Shown here: in pieces, positions 49,530 through 60,016 of the stretch
How the letters are laid out: each line of letters starts with the position of its first letter
How positions within the stretch are numbered: the stretch's first letter is position 1
Position numbers and translations under genes: made by a program
Notes under the pieces: generated by a model
Database searches by the model: none
What the model saw: only the letters and a program-made list of their open reading frames with translations
Told to the model about the DNA's origin: nothing
Origin: an uncultured Candidatus Entotheonella sp.
GTDB lineage: Bacteria > Tectomicrobia > Entotheonellia > Entotheonellales > Entotheonellaceae
DNA length: 64,000 nucleotides
Direction of reading: 5' to 3'
NCBI GenBank assembly: GCA_965215335.1
Contig: CBDCDA010000001.1
Span: 1,216,001-1,280,000, forward strand

Positions 49530-50718
49530 CATGCGGAAACAGGAAAGACGGTGTGCAAATTTTCCGCCAAGATCAGCATCGTCGCACGCGCGGGTCTACG
49601 GCGTCGCGCAGGCCGTCGCCCATGTAGTTGATGCTCAATACGGTCAGCGAGTTGGCCAGGCCGGGCCAAATCACCCGTGCCGGCGTGTGAGGCTGAGGAA
49701 GGACACCCCGTCGTACAGCAGCCGGCCCCAGGGTCTGAAAATCGGACGGGAAACCGAGTCCGAGAAAGCTCAGGGCGCTTTCCGTAATGATCGCTTGCGC
49801 AATCCCGAGCGTGGCGGATTCTCGGGTCGAGCACCCCGTACAGGAGGTCCGCCAGCAGATTGAACACCACGATCAGCATCGCGAAGATAAACGTCGCGGT
49901 CTACACGGCGGGAATGTCGGCGTAGAACTTCTGGCTAGGTGCCCGGGCTCGATGGGTCACCGCCGAAGAACACCGACGCGTTGATGTTCTTCAACTCGCT
50001 CTCCGCGCCGATTTCTCGCCACATCTGCTTGATCAGGGCCTGGGCACCCTGACGGACGGAATTGGTCGAGGTCTGGTAGTCGAAATTCCGCTACCATTAC
50101 CATGAAGGGGGGCCGGTGCCGACTGGGCCGAAGTTTTGCTGGGTACACTCCGGCGCCCGCGCAGGCCACGAACTGCTTTTTCTGGATGACCGGCGATACC
50201 GAGCCGACGAACGGAACGTAGGGGAACGGCATGGGAACCTCGAACGTGACGTGTACCGTGTGGCTGTCGATAGACTCGACGGCCTTCACGTCCTGGAACC
50301 GGCTGGGCGGCGCTGCAGGCGCCGGCGGGGTCCATGCAACAAGCCGCCGTGAATGCCACGTCCGCGGCGGCGAACGGACTGCCGTCCGACCACACCACAT
50401 CTTGTTGTTGCAGCCTCTCCAGGTGACAGACAGGAGGTCCGTCGAGACACCGCCGTTTTCAACCGCCAATGCCGAAACCATCTCGCCGTTCTCGTCGTAG
50501 CGCGCCAGGGGTTCCAGAACCAGCTAAGCCGCGTGGATGTCCTTGGTTCCGCCCGACAGAAACGGGTTCAGGATGGACGGCGCCTGCCAGTAGAGCATTT
50601 TCAGCTGGCCGTCGGTGCCTCGCTCGCCGGCGGCCGCGGACACGAGCGACAGGATAACGATCAGGGGCAAGATGAACAGTCGCAAAGATCGGGGAGCTAC
50701 AGTCCTAGCCGCGCGCAA
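49530..50718 (-). pseudogene. Collapsed remnant of a dipeptide/oligopeptide ABC operon (pieces of DppA, B, C and possibly D)
   Basis: LYWQAPSILNP..WSDG (A), NLLADLLYGVLDPRIR (B), ALSFLGLG..GDGLRDAVDPR (C), ENLHTVF (possible D); many stops and frameshifts. Confidence 0.8.
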
Positions 50719-50722
50719 ATAC

Positions 50723-52378
50723 TCAGAGGGGATGAATCAGGCCGCGCAGGGCACCGTGACGCAGTTCGGCAAACAGGGCCGGGCATTCCTCGCGCACCCG
50801 TTCGAGGTCGCCTACCAAGCGTTGCCAATACGCCTGGTAGGCGTCATACAACGGCGGCAGTTCTGTCATCAGGCACGGGCGCAGTGCTTCGGGCTCAAGC
50901 GGTTCGACGAGGCGGCCCGCATAGGCGAGGTTCATGTTGAGGTACTCGTTCTCGTAGCGGTCCTGATGCTGCTCTCTGACGGCGTCGCCCCCCCCGTCCG
51001 GGCCGTAGGTGAAGAACGGTCCGGCCTCCTTGCCCATCACGGCAACCTGTCCGGTGGTGAAGCCGTAGTGGCGATACAGGCCGGAGCGCACGGAAGTGGC
51101 GTAGCTGTCCATCGCGCAGTAGGCACCGCCGAACGCCTTGTCGATAACCACCGAAATGCGCGGCACCATGAGGTTTGGATAGGTCATCAGCAGCCCGGCG
51201 CCCTTGGACAGGATTTGGCCCACCGATTCCGCCTGCGTGGCGATGAAACCCGGCACGTCCACCAGCGTGATGACAGGCAAGTGATAGGCATTCGCCAGCT
51301 TCAGGAGGCGCGTGACTTTGGAGGACGAGGCCGCCGTCATGGCCCCCCCCAGCACCTGCCGCTGATTGGCAATGACCACGACGGCGATGCCGGCGATGCG
51401 CGCCAGCCCGACGACCGCCGAGGTGGCGAATTTCTCGTGGTACTCGAACCACGAGTCGTCGTCGACCGCCGCTTCGATGAACGTGCGCACGTCCCAGGTG
51501 GCGTTGCGCTTGAGGCGGGCGTTGCGCCGCGCTTGCGTCACGATGGCCCGCAGGTCGATGGGCACGCCGCGCTTTTCCCGCGACGCGGCCCGCGGCGGCA
51601 GCGACCACATGCTCTGCGGCAGGTACGAGAACCACTTGCGCGCCAAGGCTGCCGCCGCCTCGTAGGTGGCGACCCGGTAGTGCGCCTCGCCGGATTGCTC
51701 GCTGTGCAGCTGCGCGCCGCCCATCTCGTCCGGCGTCACCTCCTCGCCGGTGGCGACGCGAATCACCTGCGGCCCGGTGACGGCCATCATGCTGCCGTCG
51801 ATCATGATGACGGTGTCGGTCATTACGGGTGCGTAGGCACCACCACCGGCGTTCAGTCCGGACAGGATGGACAGCATAGGAATACGGCCGGAGAGTTCGT
51901 TGATCTGGGTGAAAATTTTACGGAAGATGTCGAGCGAGGCCACACCGTCGTTGATGTCGGCGCCACCGGAATCCCAGTCAATCAGCAGCGGGCAGCGCCG
52001 CCGCTCGGCGAGTTGCATGTGCCGGATGAGCTTGTCGCCGGTGGAGATGGTGACCGAGCCGCCGGCAATGGCGGAGTTGAAGATGGCCACGGCAACGGGC
52101 CGGCTGTTCATGTCGCCGCAGCCGGTGAGCAAGCGGCGCTCGCCGTGCCGCGGATCGAGGTCGGGGCTGGGCGCGTGCTCTTCCGTGAACGTTCCGGCGT
52201 CGAACAGGCAGACGATTTTCTCCTGAACCGTCAGCTTACCCCGGGCATGCTGCCGCGCCGCGGCCTGAAAATCCGGTCGCGTCCACGCCTCATGCAGGCG
52301 CAACAGGCTGTGCGCCAAATCGGGGCCGGTTTGCTCGTCAATGGTCTGTGTCTCACGCATCGTTTCGCCTGTCTCCAT
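50723..52378 (-). CDS. Acyl-CoA carboxylase carboxyltransferase subunit
   Basis: HARGKLT, DSGGADI, GGGAY, TGPQVI, MGGAQLH, LVDVPGF, KAFGGAY. Confidence 0.9.
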   Translation of the reverse strand: METGETMRETQTIDEQTGPDLAHSLLRLHEAWTRPDFQAAARQHARGKLTVQEKIVCLFDAGTFTEEHAPSPDLDPRHGERRLLTGCGDMNSRPVAVAIFNSAIAGGSVTISTGDKLIRHMQLAERRRCPLLIDWDSGGADINDGVASLDIFRKIFTQINELSGRIPMLSILSGLNAGGGAYAPVMTDTVIMIDGSMMAVTGPQVIRVATGEEVTPDEMGGAQLHSEQSGEAHYRVATYEAAAALARKWFSYLPQSMWSLPPRAASREKRGVPIDLRAIVTQARRNARLKRNATWDVRTFIEAAVDDDSWFEYHEKFATSAVVGLARIAGIAVVVIANQRQVLGGAMTAASSSKVTRLLKLANAYHLPVITLVDVPGFIATQAESVGQILSKGAGLLMTYPNLMVPRISVVIDKAFGGAYCAMDSYATSVRSGLYRHYGFTTGQVAVMGKEAGPFFTYGPDGGGDAVREQHQDRYENEYLNMNLAYAGRLVEPLEPEALRPCLMTELPPLYDAYQAYWQRLVGDLERVREECPALFAELRHGALRGLIHPL

Positions 52379-52428
52379 CCACGTGTCGCCGTTTCGCAAC
52401 TTCCCATAGTATATACTGGGCATCTCTA

Positions 52429-52580
52429 AGAGTCTGTTCCTAAAAGCCGGCGACATTCCAAAAGTAGGCGGGATTCTCACCGATTCCAGGGCGTTTGACA
52501 CAAAAAAGCGCCCTGGAAAGGGCGAATGTTTATCCGATGCCGGCAAAAAAAGAGCTAATCGGACTTATGGAACAGGCTCT
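52429..52580 (-). mobile_element. ~150-bp MITE, copy 2
   Basis: TIRs AGAGTCTGTTCC / GGAACAGGCTCT flanked by TA; reverse complement of 35687-35837. Confidence 0.85.
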
Positions 52581-52658
52581 AATAATACGCATCTGTCGCT
52601 TGGTTCAGAATCACTGCAACACATTACCACGTGATACCGAAGGCGGGAAGAATCGAAC

Positions 52659-53044
52659 ATGGCTCAGATGGGTTTTAAGGAGAAAGCCAGCAACAGGAGT
52701 CGTTCACGGTTTCGGGTACGGGTAGAGCAGGTCTTCGGGGCGCAGTGTAACGACATGGGCGGGACGTTGGTTCGCAGCGTCGGGCTTGTCCGGGCAACGG
52801 CGCGGCCAGGTCTCGAGAACCTGGCCTGCAACATGCGACGGCTGGTTCAATTACACCATCTTGGGATGGCCGGCCAAGTACAACCGGGTGTGAGGTGGTG
52901 TCGACTGCGGTCTTTGACAGGCACCTTCCCGTTGCCGAGCGGTGAAATCCCCCTGGAAGTCGAGTTCATGTTCATACCGAAACGGTGTGCATTGCCGACC
53001 CTGGCATCTTTGACCATCCCATGAGGCATTTTTCGAGGTGCCCA
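52659..53044 (+). mobile_element. IS5-family remnant (transposase C-terminus and probable right end)
   Basis: RVRVEQVFG..MGGTLVRSVG...NLACNMRRLVQL; end-like TTTTCGAGGTGCCC. Confidence 0.7.
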
Positions 53045-53337
53045 TACTGCAAGACGGCGCCCATGATTGTGGGAATGTCTGCGCTGGCATATGGTCTGTT
53101 TCAGTTAGCGTTATCAAAACCCAGTGCGTAATCCCCGTATGGAATGAAGACATTTACCCCTACCCCAATGCCAGTTGGGGGACCCTTTAACCACGACTCC
53201 CCGGCCCTGTGGCTACCGCGCCGGCTTTCGACCCTACCGATGAGCGGTGACTGGAAACGGGGTTATGGCGGGGTGAGGTGCCGGCATTGCGAAAGTCGCC
53301 AGCAACAGCTACTCTCATCCGCCTACTGCTACCGCTG

Positions 53338-53640
53338 TCAGCGCCGGCTCTCTGCCCCCCGCAAAGGACTCCTTACTGGGGTTACTTCGGCAGAGACCCT
53401 GATCTGATCGGCCACTTCGGCGTACAAGTCTACGTTGCTTTCGGGTGCCCTGATACTGACGATCAACGCATACCGCGCGGCTTGGTCGTATCGTTCAAGC
53501 ACGGTGCGTGTCTTCCACCAGCCCAACGAGGGATAGACTGCGATATACCCCCGGCTTGCCAGCGCGGCAGCGCCGCCTCGCCAAATATCTCCATGCAACG
53601 AGCCCCTGTGGCGCCCTTGTTTTCCGATCAGCCACAGAGG
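53338..53640 (-). pseudogene. S8 serine peptidase C-terminal remnant (type paired with AAA ATPases)
   Basis: HGDIWRG.AA.LA.RGYIAVYP..GWWK...RYALIVSI..P....DLY. Confidence 0.65.
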
Positions 53641-53790
53641 ATCATCACCACTCCGGCGATCCTCCCCTTCTTCATCCCGTGCGGCTGAGTTGATCCGGTT
53701 CCGAAAGTCGTCGACAGATTCGAGTGGCCGTTTGACGTCGAAACGGAGACCGTGAGATTCGTAGTCCTGCCAGAGTTGTACAAAGTCGAG

Positions 53791-54786
53791 TCAAGATGAT
53801 CTGCAAGATTCATCGCGTTCTTGGGTGGAGGGTCTGGCTGCGTGAACCTGATCAAACACCGTATGAAGCTGCGTGGCGAAGCCCCGGTTCAACGCCTCAA
53901 ACCGTTCCCGCGCTTTGATGCCGAGCGACTGCGCAGCGTCTGGCGACTCCGCCACCAACCGCGCGACGACGGTCTCCAGAGCGTGATTGTCGACGAAGAA
54001 TTTGCGCCCGAGATGACGCGGCTCGGACCGACTGGCTTGCACGAGCACACCACAGTCGGCCGAAACGTGCTCGTTCATAGGCGGGGCGTCGGTCGTCACC
54101 ACCACCACTCCACAGGACATGGCCTCCACGACATGGTGGCCCCAGCCTTCCGAGCGCGACGGGCAAAGATGGACGCCGCACGCATTTTGCAAATGCTTCA
54201 ACTCGTCGTCGTCGAGATAGCCGCAACGGAGCGTGACGTTGGGCGGCGCGGGGTCGGGAGTACTGGCCTGTTTCTGCACGACAACGAGCTCGGGCCATTC
54301 GGGGTGCGCCCCCCACAGCGTCAGAACGTCTTCGGTTCCCTTGAGCGTGCTACCGCCGGCGAGGTGGAAAAAACGATTCCAGTCTCTGGGCACGGAGGGA
54401 TCGTAACGGTCCAGCGAGGTAAAGCCGAGACAGATGCTATCCACCCCGAGGCCGGCAAATATCTCCCTTGCGTGTCGCGTCTTTGCCAGGACATGGTCGA
54501 CCCGTCGGAGCCTCCCGAGGTGGCGTCTTGGAAAGCGCTCCTGGTTGGGAACCAAGACGTGACGACGGCTCGCCGCCCCCAACCAGGCTGGGTGAATACG
54601 CTCAAGATGGACGACCAGATCAGCTACTTTTCGCCGTCGCAGGCGGTCCATCAATGACCGCCTGCGTTTGTCGAACAGCGTGGCTTGAACCCCGATGGAT
54701 TCAAACCCTTGGCGCAGGATTTCGGCGTCCCGGGTCAAGCCGTATTGGTTGTTGCGGCCAACGATGGCGACGTCATGGACCGTCAT
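53791..54786 (-). CDS. GT4-family glycosyltransferase
   Basis: LVPNQE, STLKGT, CPSRSEGWGH..VEAMSCG, TTDAPPMNE; RBS GGAGG. Confidence 0.85.
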   Translation of the reverse strand: MTVHDVAIVGRNNQYGLTRDAEILRQGFESIGVQATLFDKRRRSLMDRLRRRKVADLVVHLERIHPAWLGAASRRHVLVPNQERFPRRHLGRLRRVDHVLAKTRHAREIFAGLGVDSICLGFTSLDRYDPSVPRDWNRFFHLAGGSTLKGTEDVLTLWGAHPEWPELVVVQKQASTPDPAPPNVTLRCGYLDDDELKHLQNACGVHLCPSRSEGWGHHVVEAMSCGVVVVTTDAPPMNEHVSADCGVLVQASRSEPRHLGRKFFVDNHALETVVARLVAESPDAAQSLGIKARERFEALNRGFATQLHTVFDQVHAARPSTQERDESCRSS

Positions 54787-54869
54787 GGTTCCTCCGCCAC
54801 AGACTATCATCTCCGGTTGGAACAGTGGCTGATGTTCTCGCATCAGGCTCCAAACGCACCCGAATTTCA

Positions 54870-55096
54870 TGCGGCGTCAGCTGATCGGTGCGCGACTCAG
54901 GAGAGAGCAAGAGAGGCTTCAAGTCCGGAAGTCCGGTTTCGCCATGCTCTCCAACCGGCGCCACTGCTCGATAGGAATCGGCACTGCGGTCTCAACACCT
55001 CGCCTAGTAACGATTTGCGGTCCTTTCGGCAAGACTGGTCTCAAGCAACTCGCTGAAACGCGCCTTGGCATCTTGCACTTGCCATGCGTTGCCCAT
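54870..55096 (-). pseudogene. Phd/YefM antitoxin, frameshifted; no toxin gene
   Basis: MGNAWQVQDAKARFSELL / GPQIVTRRGVETAV / LLLSPESR spread over different frames; 8-bp duplication aagtccgg. Confidence 0.72.
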
Positions 55097-55135
55097 ATAA
55101 CCCCCTGTTTAACTGAAGTCCATGCTGTCACGGTC

Positions 55136-56020
55136 CTACCGCTTCTTCCAGCGACGATGCAGCCAGAACCAGTGGTCGGGATACGCTCGCACGTATGACT
55201 CGATGAGTTGGTTAAAGCGCCGCGTATTGTCTGCAATGTCTTGTTGCAGGTCGCCGCTGCGCTGGATCGGGATTTCCTCGCTGAATACCAGCCGGTGTTT
55301 TCCGAGACCCTGCCGTACCAGGAATGCGCCGATGACCGGGCACCCGGCGCGCAGGGCCATCAGCGCCGGGCCGATAGACGTGTAAGCCTCGGCGCCGAAG
55401 AACGGCACCGGGATACCCTCATGCCGCAGGCTGCTTTGATCCATGAGCAGGGCGACGATTTCGCCACGCCGCAGCGCCTTGAGGCTGGCGGGCAGGGCCC
55501 GGCTCTTCGGAATGACGTTGCAGCCGCTGTAGCGCCGGTAGGCGTCAACCAGGCGATGCAGGGCGGGATTGTCCAGAGGTCTGGCAATCACGTGCATGCG
55601 GGGCTCGAGACACAGGGCAAGAGCCGCTGCCAACTCCCAACTCCCAAAGTGGGCCGACAGGATGAGCAATCCGGCCCGGCGCGCCAGGAGTCGTTCAACA
55701 CGCTCAAGGTCCTCGACCGTGAACGCCGATAGATGCGTCTCCGGCGTCAACCAGCGTAGGCGGCTGAAATCGATCAGATGCTCTCCGAGATTGCGGAACG
55801 TGGCGCGAGCGATGGCGCGGCACTCGGCGGCCGATTTCTCGCCTCCGAAGGCGGTCGCGAGGTTGTCCAGCGCGACCCGCCGGCGCCGGGCGAGGCACCG
55901 GTACGCCAAGTCGCCGAAGCGCGCCCCCATCCAGTAGGCCGGACGCCTCGGCAGACGCGCCAGAATGGCCGCCAGCGCCTCGAGCAGGCCGGCGGCAACA
56001 GATTCAGCAAGGCGCCGCAT
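55136..56020 (-). CDS. lpxL: Lipid A late acyltransferase (LpxL/HtrB family)
   Basis: SAHFGSWE, RPLDNP, LMDQ, VPFFG, PDHWFWLHRRWK. Confidence 0.88.
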   Translation of the reverse strand: MRRLAESVAAGLLEALAAILARLPRRPAYWMGARFGDLAYRCLARRRRVALDNLATAFGGEKSAAECRAIARATFRNLGEHLIDFSRLRWLTPETHLSAFTVEDLERVERLLARRAGLLILSAHFGSWELAAALALCLEPRMHVIARPLDNPALHRLVDAYRRYSGCNVIPKSRALPASLKALRRGEIVALLMDQSSLRHEGIPVPFFGAEAYTSIGPALMALRAGCPVIGAFLVRQGLGKHRLVFSEEIPIQRSGDLQQDIADNTRRFNQLIESYVRAYPDHWFWLHRRWKKR

Positions 56021-57137
56021 GGTGCATGAGCGCGTCCAGATGGGTCGTCAACGGCGGATCGTGTGAAGCAATGTCGACGTTGATGCGCAGCGTGTAAAGC
56101 GGCAGCGGCAGCGGCCAGGACGCATCGCGGCGAACGGCGTCTTTCTCCGTGGTAACCAAGGCTTCCGCTCCTTCGCGGCGAGCAGTATCGCAAACGGCCT
56201 GCCAGTCCGCCGGGGTGTAGGGATGATGATCCGGGAAGGCCAGAAACGCCGCCACGTGCGCCCGGCACTGCGCGAGGCTGGCAACGAAGGCCCGCGGGTT
56301 GCCGAGACCCGCAAACGCTACCACGCGGCGCTGCTGAAGCCACGACGGGGCCACTGAACAACCCGTGTCATGGCGATACAGGCTGTCGGCATTGACGGAC
56401 ATGCGGTAGATCGGTTGCCGGCCGGCGTAACGTCTGATTTGCTCACAAAGCCCCGACACCGCATCCCCGGCTGTTTCCATCCGGCTCAACACAATGACCT
56501 GCGCCCGCCGTAACGCGTGCAGCGGCTCGCGGAGCGTGCCGCGCGGCAACAGGGTACCGTGGCCGAACGGATTGCTGGCGTCGATCAACACGATATCGCA
56601 ATCACGGTGCAAGGCGTGATGCTGGAACCCGTCATCCAGCACCAGCACCTGCGCGTCGAATCGTTCACAGGCATAAACGCCGCTCGCATACCGGTTGCGC
56701 CCGACAAGCACCGGAACCCCCGGTAAATGTCTAGCCAGGAGAAAGGCTTCGTCACCCGCCGTGCGCCAATCCGTAACGGGTCCGTCGCCCGCCGACACGA
56801 CCTGCGGCTGCTCGGTTGACGCGCCGCCGTATCCCCGGCTCAGCACTGCCACACGCCAACCTTGACGCCGGTACCATTGTGCCGTCCACTCGGTGAGCGG
56901 TGTCTTCCCGGTACCGCCGAGGGTGAGATTGCCGATGCTGACCACTGGGCACGGCAGCCGGCACCGCCGGCGCATGCCCGACGCGTAGCCCGTCCGATGC
57001 ACGCTCGCTGCAACCCGGTAGCCCTGAGAAGCCAGCCACAGCGGCGACAGGCCCGCGCGCACCCAGAACGGCGCCGGAAGCCCCTGCATGCCGTCATACA
57101 CGGCACGGCGCCAGCCGCCGCGGTTCATGTCGATCAT
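56004..57137 (-). CDS. lpxK: Tetraacyldisaccharide 4'-kinase
   Basis: SIGNLTLGGTGKTP, LSRGYG, GDE, LDDGFQH, LLPRGTLRE, FPDHH, TTEKD; ATGA overlap with upstream gene. Confidence 0.95.
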   Translation of the reverse strand: MIDMNRGGWRRAVYDGMQGLPAPFWVRAGLSPLWLASQGYRVAASVHRTGYASGMRRRCRLPCPVVSIGNLTLGGTGKTPLTEWTAQWYRRQGWRVAVLSRGYGGASTEQPQVVSAGDGPVTDWRTAGDEAFLLARHLPGVPVLVGRNRYASGVYACERFDAQVLVLDDGFQHHALHRDCDIVLIDASNPFGHGTLLPRGTLREPLHALRRAQVIVLSRMETAGDAVSGLCEQIRRYAGRQPIYRMSVNADSLYRHDTGCSVAPSWLQQRRVVAFAGLGNPRAFVASLAQCRAHVAAFLAFPDHHPYTPADWQAVCDTARREGAEALVTTEKDAVRRDASWPLPLPLYTLRINVDIASHDPPLTTHLDALMHHAAPC

Positions 57138-57697
57138 TCGCATGCCCGACCCTGCCTGGCTGGCTGCGGCAGGAAATAACCAAGCAACAGGACGTTCAGA
57201 TGGACCAGCAACAGCTTGTTCCACGCCACCGTCGCGTCCAGGGCGGCGGGTGCATCCAAGGCTTCCCGGAACAGCCCGGCAAAGACCGTCTGCGCCAAGC
57301 TCATGGCGCCCACCATGAACTGCGGCGGCACCTTGCCGCCAGGGCCGTGCTGCCGGTGGCTGTGCGACAGGCTGACGGCCAGCAGGTAATAGACAAAATC
57401 ATGCGTCATCGCCACCTCGGCGGTCTCGCGCAGCCAGCGCGCCAGGCTGTGCTTGCGCCGTTCAAGGCGCTGGGCGTCCGGGCTGCCATCCTCCTCAAGG
57501 AAGAAGCGCGCGGTTGACGGAAATTTCAGGAAATGACCGTACAGAGCATCGGTGACCGCGCGCTCGTGCTGCAACACAATCGGGGCCGTGTGGCGAATGA
57601 GCGCCACGTCGTCGTCGGTGAGTCCGACGAACGTCACCAATTCGCGCACGAAGCCTTGCATGTCGGCGCCCGGATGATCGCACTGTGGGTTACCCAC
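57134..57697 (-). CDS. Protoglobin-domain (single-domain globin-like) protein
   Basis: FVGLTDDD..LI, LYGHFLKFP.TARFF, SLSH, VPPQFM, AWNKLL. Confidence 0.75.
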   Translation of the reverse strand: MGNPQCDHPGADMQGFVRELVTFVGLTDDDVALIRHTAPIVLQHERAVTDALYGHFLKFPSTARFFLEEDGSPDAQRLERRKHSLARWLRETAEVAMTHDFVYYLLAVSLSHSHRQHGPGGKVPPQFMVGAMSLAQTVFAGLFREALDAPAALDATVAWNKLLLVHLNVLLLGYFLPQPARQGRACE

Positions 57698-57740
57698 GAG
57701 CCCCCTCCCTGCTCAGGACCTGCATCTCGACCATCAAGAC

Positions 57741-58775
57741 CTATGCAGGCACGGGCACGGTCTGTCCGGTGGCCGCGCTTTTATGCACCGCGGCGGTGAA
57801 TTCCATGTACTCCACGCCGGTAGCAAAGTCCGTCAGGACGATCTCTTCCTGCCCGCGAATGGCGCCGATAAATTCCTCTTCCACGCGCCAACTGCCCGCC
57901 TTCTCCGGGGCGATATCGATTTCCTGCAGGGCCGGGTCGTTTTTCCGGCCGCCGAACAGCTTGTTGCTCGTCTGGTCGTAGTGCAGGGTGCCGGCGCTGC
58001 CGAAGAGCCAGGCGCCGGGTGCCGGAGCTAGGCCGCACACCGAGCTGAATTCAAAGGTGGCCTGACCACCGCGCGCCAGATCGGCGATGATGTTGACGTG
58101 ATCCGGGACGTCGACCTGAAAGGGTGTGTTGCTCTCCGGGTCGTGGCGTTGCGGCACGACGATTCTGGACCGCGCGAAGACGTTTGCGGCGGGTCCCACC
58201 CAGCGGATGACGGCCTCGTACCAGATGCCCATGTTGAGGATATTGAGACCGCTGCGGTCCTGCCGCTGCCGCCAGGTGAGTGGCGCTTCTGGATTGACGA
58301 AGCCCGGCACGGTGCCGCGCACTGTCATGGCATACAGATCGCCCAGATAGCCGTCGGCCAGCAAGTCCTGGATAGTGCGGTCGACGCGCAAGGTAAACGG
58401 TGAGGGCACGATCTGTGCCACCAGGTCCGGGTACGCCTGCGCGGTGGCGAGCATGGCGCGGGCCTCCTCCGGGTTCTTCGCCATGCGCGCTTCGCACATG
58501 ACGTGCTTGCCCGCTTCCAGCGCGGCGCAGGTCATCTCGCAGTGCATGTACGGCCACGTGCCGATCGCCACCGCGTCGATATCATCGGCGGCAATCAGTT
58601 CCCGCCAGTCGTCGTATGCCTGCGGGATCGCCAAGGCCTCCGCCGCACGTTGCGAGGACGCACGGCTGCGGTTGCAGACGCTGACCACCTCGACGCCATC
58701 AATGGCCCGCAACCCTGGAATATGCCGCACACGGGTGTTGTTGCCTGCACCGATCACGCCGATACGAATCGCCAT
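57741..58775 (-). CDS. Gfo/Idh/MocA-family oxidoreductase
   Basis: IRIGVIGAG, IDAVAIGTWPYMH, AGKHVMCEARMA. Confidence 0.9.
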   Translation of the reverse strand: MAIRIGVIGAGNNTRVRHIPGLRAIDGVEVVSVCNRSRASSQRAAEALAIPQAYDDWRELIAADDIDAVAIGTWPYMHCEMTCAALEAGKHVMCEARMAKNPEEARAMLATAQAYPDLVAQIVPSPFTLRVDRTIQDLLADGYLGDLYAMTVRGTVPGFVNPEAPLTWRQRQDRSGLNILNMGIWYEAVIRWVGPAANVFARSRIVVPQRHDPESNTPFQVDVPDHVNIIADLARGGQATFEFSSVCGLAPAPGAWLFGSAGTLHYDQTSNKLFGGRKNDPALQEIDIAPEKAGSWRVEEEFIGAIRGQEEIVLTDFATGVEYMEFTAAVHKSAATGQTVPVPA

Positions 58776-58850
58776 AAGGATGCTGCTCCCTGGTGAGTTT
58801 TGAATGCTACCGCACGGATGCGGAGGGGATGATCTCGCGCCAGCCAACCG

Positions 58851-59660
58851 TCAACCCGGAAAGCCGGTTGGCGCCACGTCTGCGTCATACGCGCCTTCAC
58901 GTTCGAAGACGAGGACCGGTTGCCGACCTTCCTCGAAGACGGCATCGGCCAGATAAGAGACGGCCATTGCCCCGACGTTCATTCTCGCAGCGAGTTTCTT
59001 CAGGTCCATCCACCTCAGGACGTCAATGGTGATGGGCCGCTTGGCATCGAAGAAAGCCAATGACCGGATAAACGTCTTGGCGATGCCGGAATTTGACATC
59101 CAACAGAAAAAGGCCGCCTCTTCCTGAGTCTCGCAAGGAATGAAATAGCAGGTGTCATCCAACACGACCGGTGTGCCGTCCACGCTGTCGATCACTCTGA
59201 ACACAGGGTTTTTGTACAGTCCGGAAATCACAACTTTCCACGGTGAGAACGTATACGGCCCGACACCAAGCACGGCGAAGCGAGGGCGCCTAACGTATAT
59301 CGTATATACTATACTGCTCCGACGTCTATCAAGGGCCTCACCGTATGCAAGCAGATAGCGCCACGTTCTGGGAGCGTTCAGACCGATGCCGGACGTGTCA
59401 TCCGTCACCTGTCGTTGCGTCAGCAGGACATATTTCGACGGCTGCCGCCGGTCGTTGGCCAGAGCCGAGGACTTCAGGAGCGGAAACAGGTGGGTTGACT
59501 CCAGGCAGTGCCGTGTGCCAAAGCCATTCACCCAGGCATTTCCGTCAGGCTTGAACTCCATGACCTTGGCCGCATCGTGTTTGACGCCCGACCGCCACTT
59601 ACGATACTCGGTCCCCGCGATGTCCCCGACAGTCCTGAAAACCTCAACACCGGCTATCAA
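58851..59660 (-). pseudogene. C-terminal remnant of a DNA methyltransferase (R-M type)
   Basis: WRSGVKHDAAKVME, FPLLKSS, GVGPYTFSPWKVVISGLYK, LDDTCY; SAM-binding N-terminus missing. Confidence 0.6.
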
Positions 59661-60016
59661 CTCGCCGCGATAGATGCCAACCGTAGCAACCGGGGTCGTA
59701 AAACCGAAGTCGGTGTAGACACGCGCGGCTTGTCCCTGCCTTCCCCTTCCGGTATGCATGACAAACCTGTCGTCGTTTGGAAGTCCGCCGTGTTTGAACT
59801 TTCAATGAAAAACGCATGTCTGATGTTCAGGTTTCCGGTTCTGGTCCGGTCATGATCCGTTTTCTCATAGACGAAAGACCAAAAGAGCATAACCAAGCCC
59901 GTAGACCTTCTGCCTGGCGGCTTTGAAGGGACAAGATGACTGCGGCTGTCTGATACTGGTGACCCCTGTACACGACAAAAAACGATAACTAGTTGAAAGA
60001 CAAGGTGTAACCTCCT

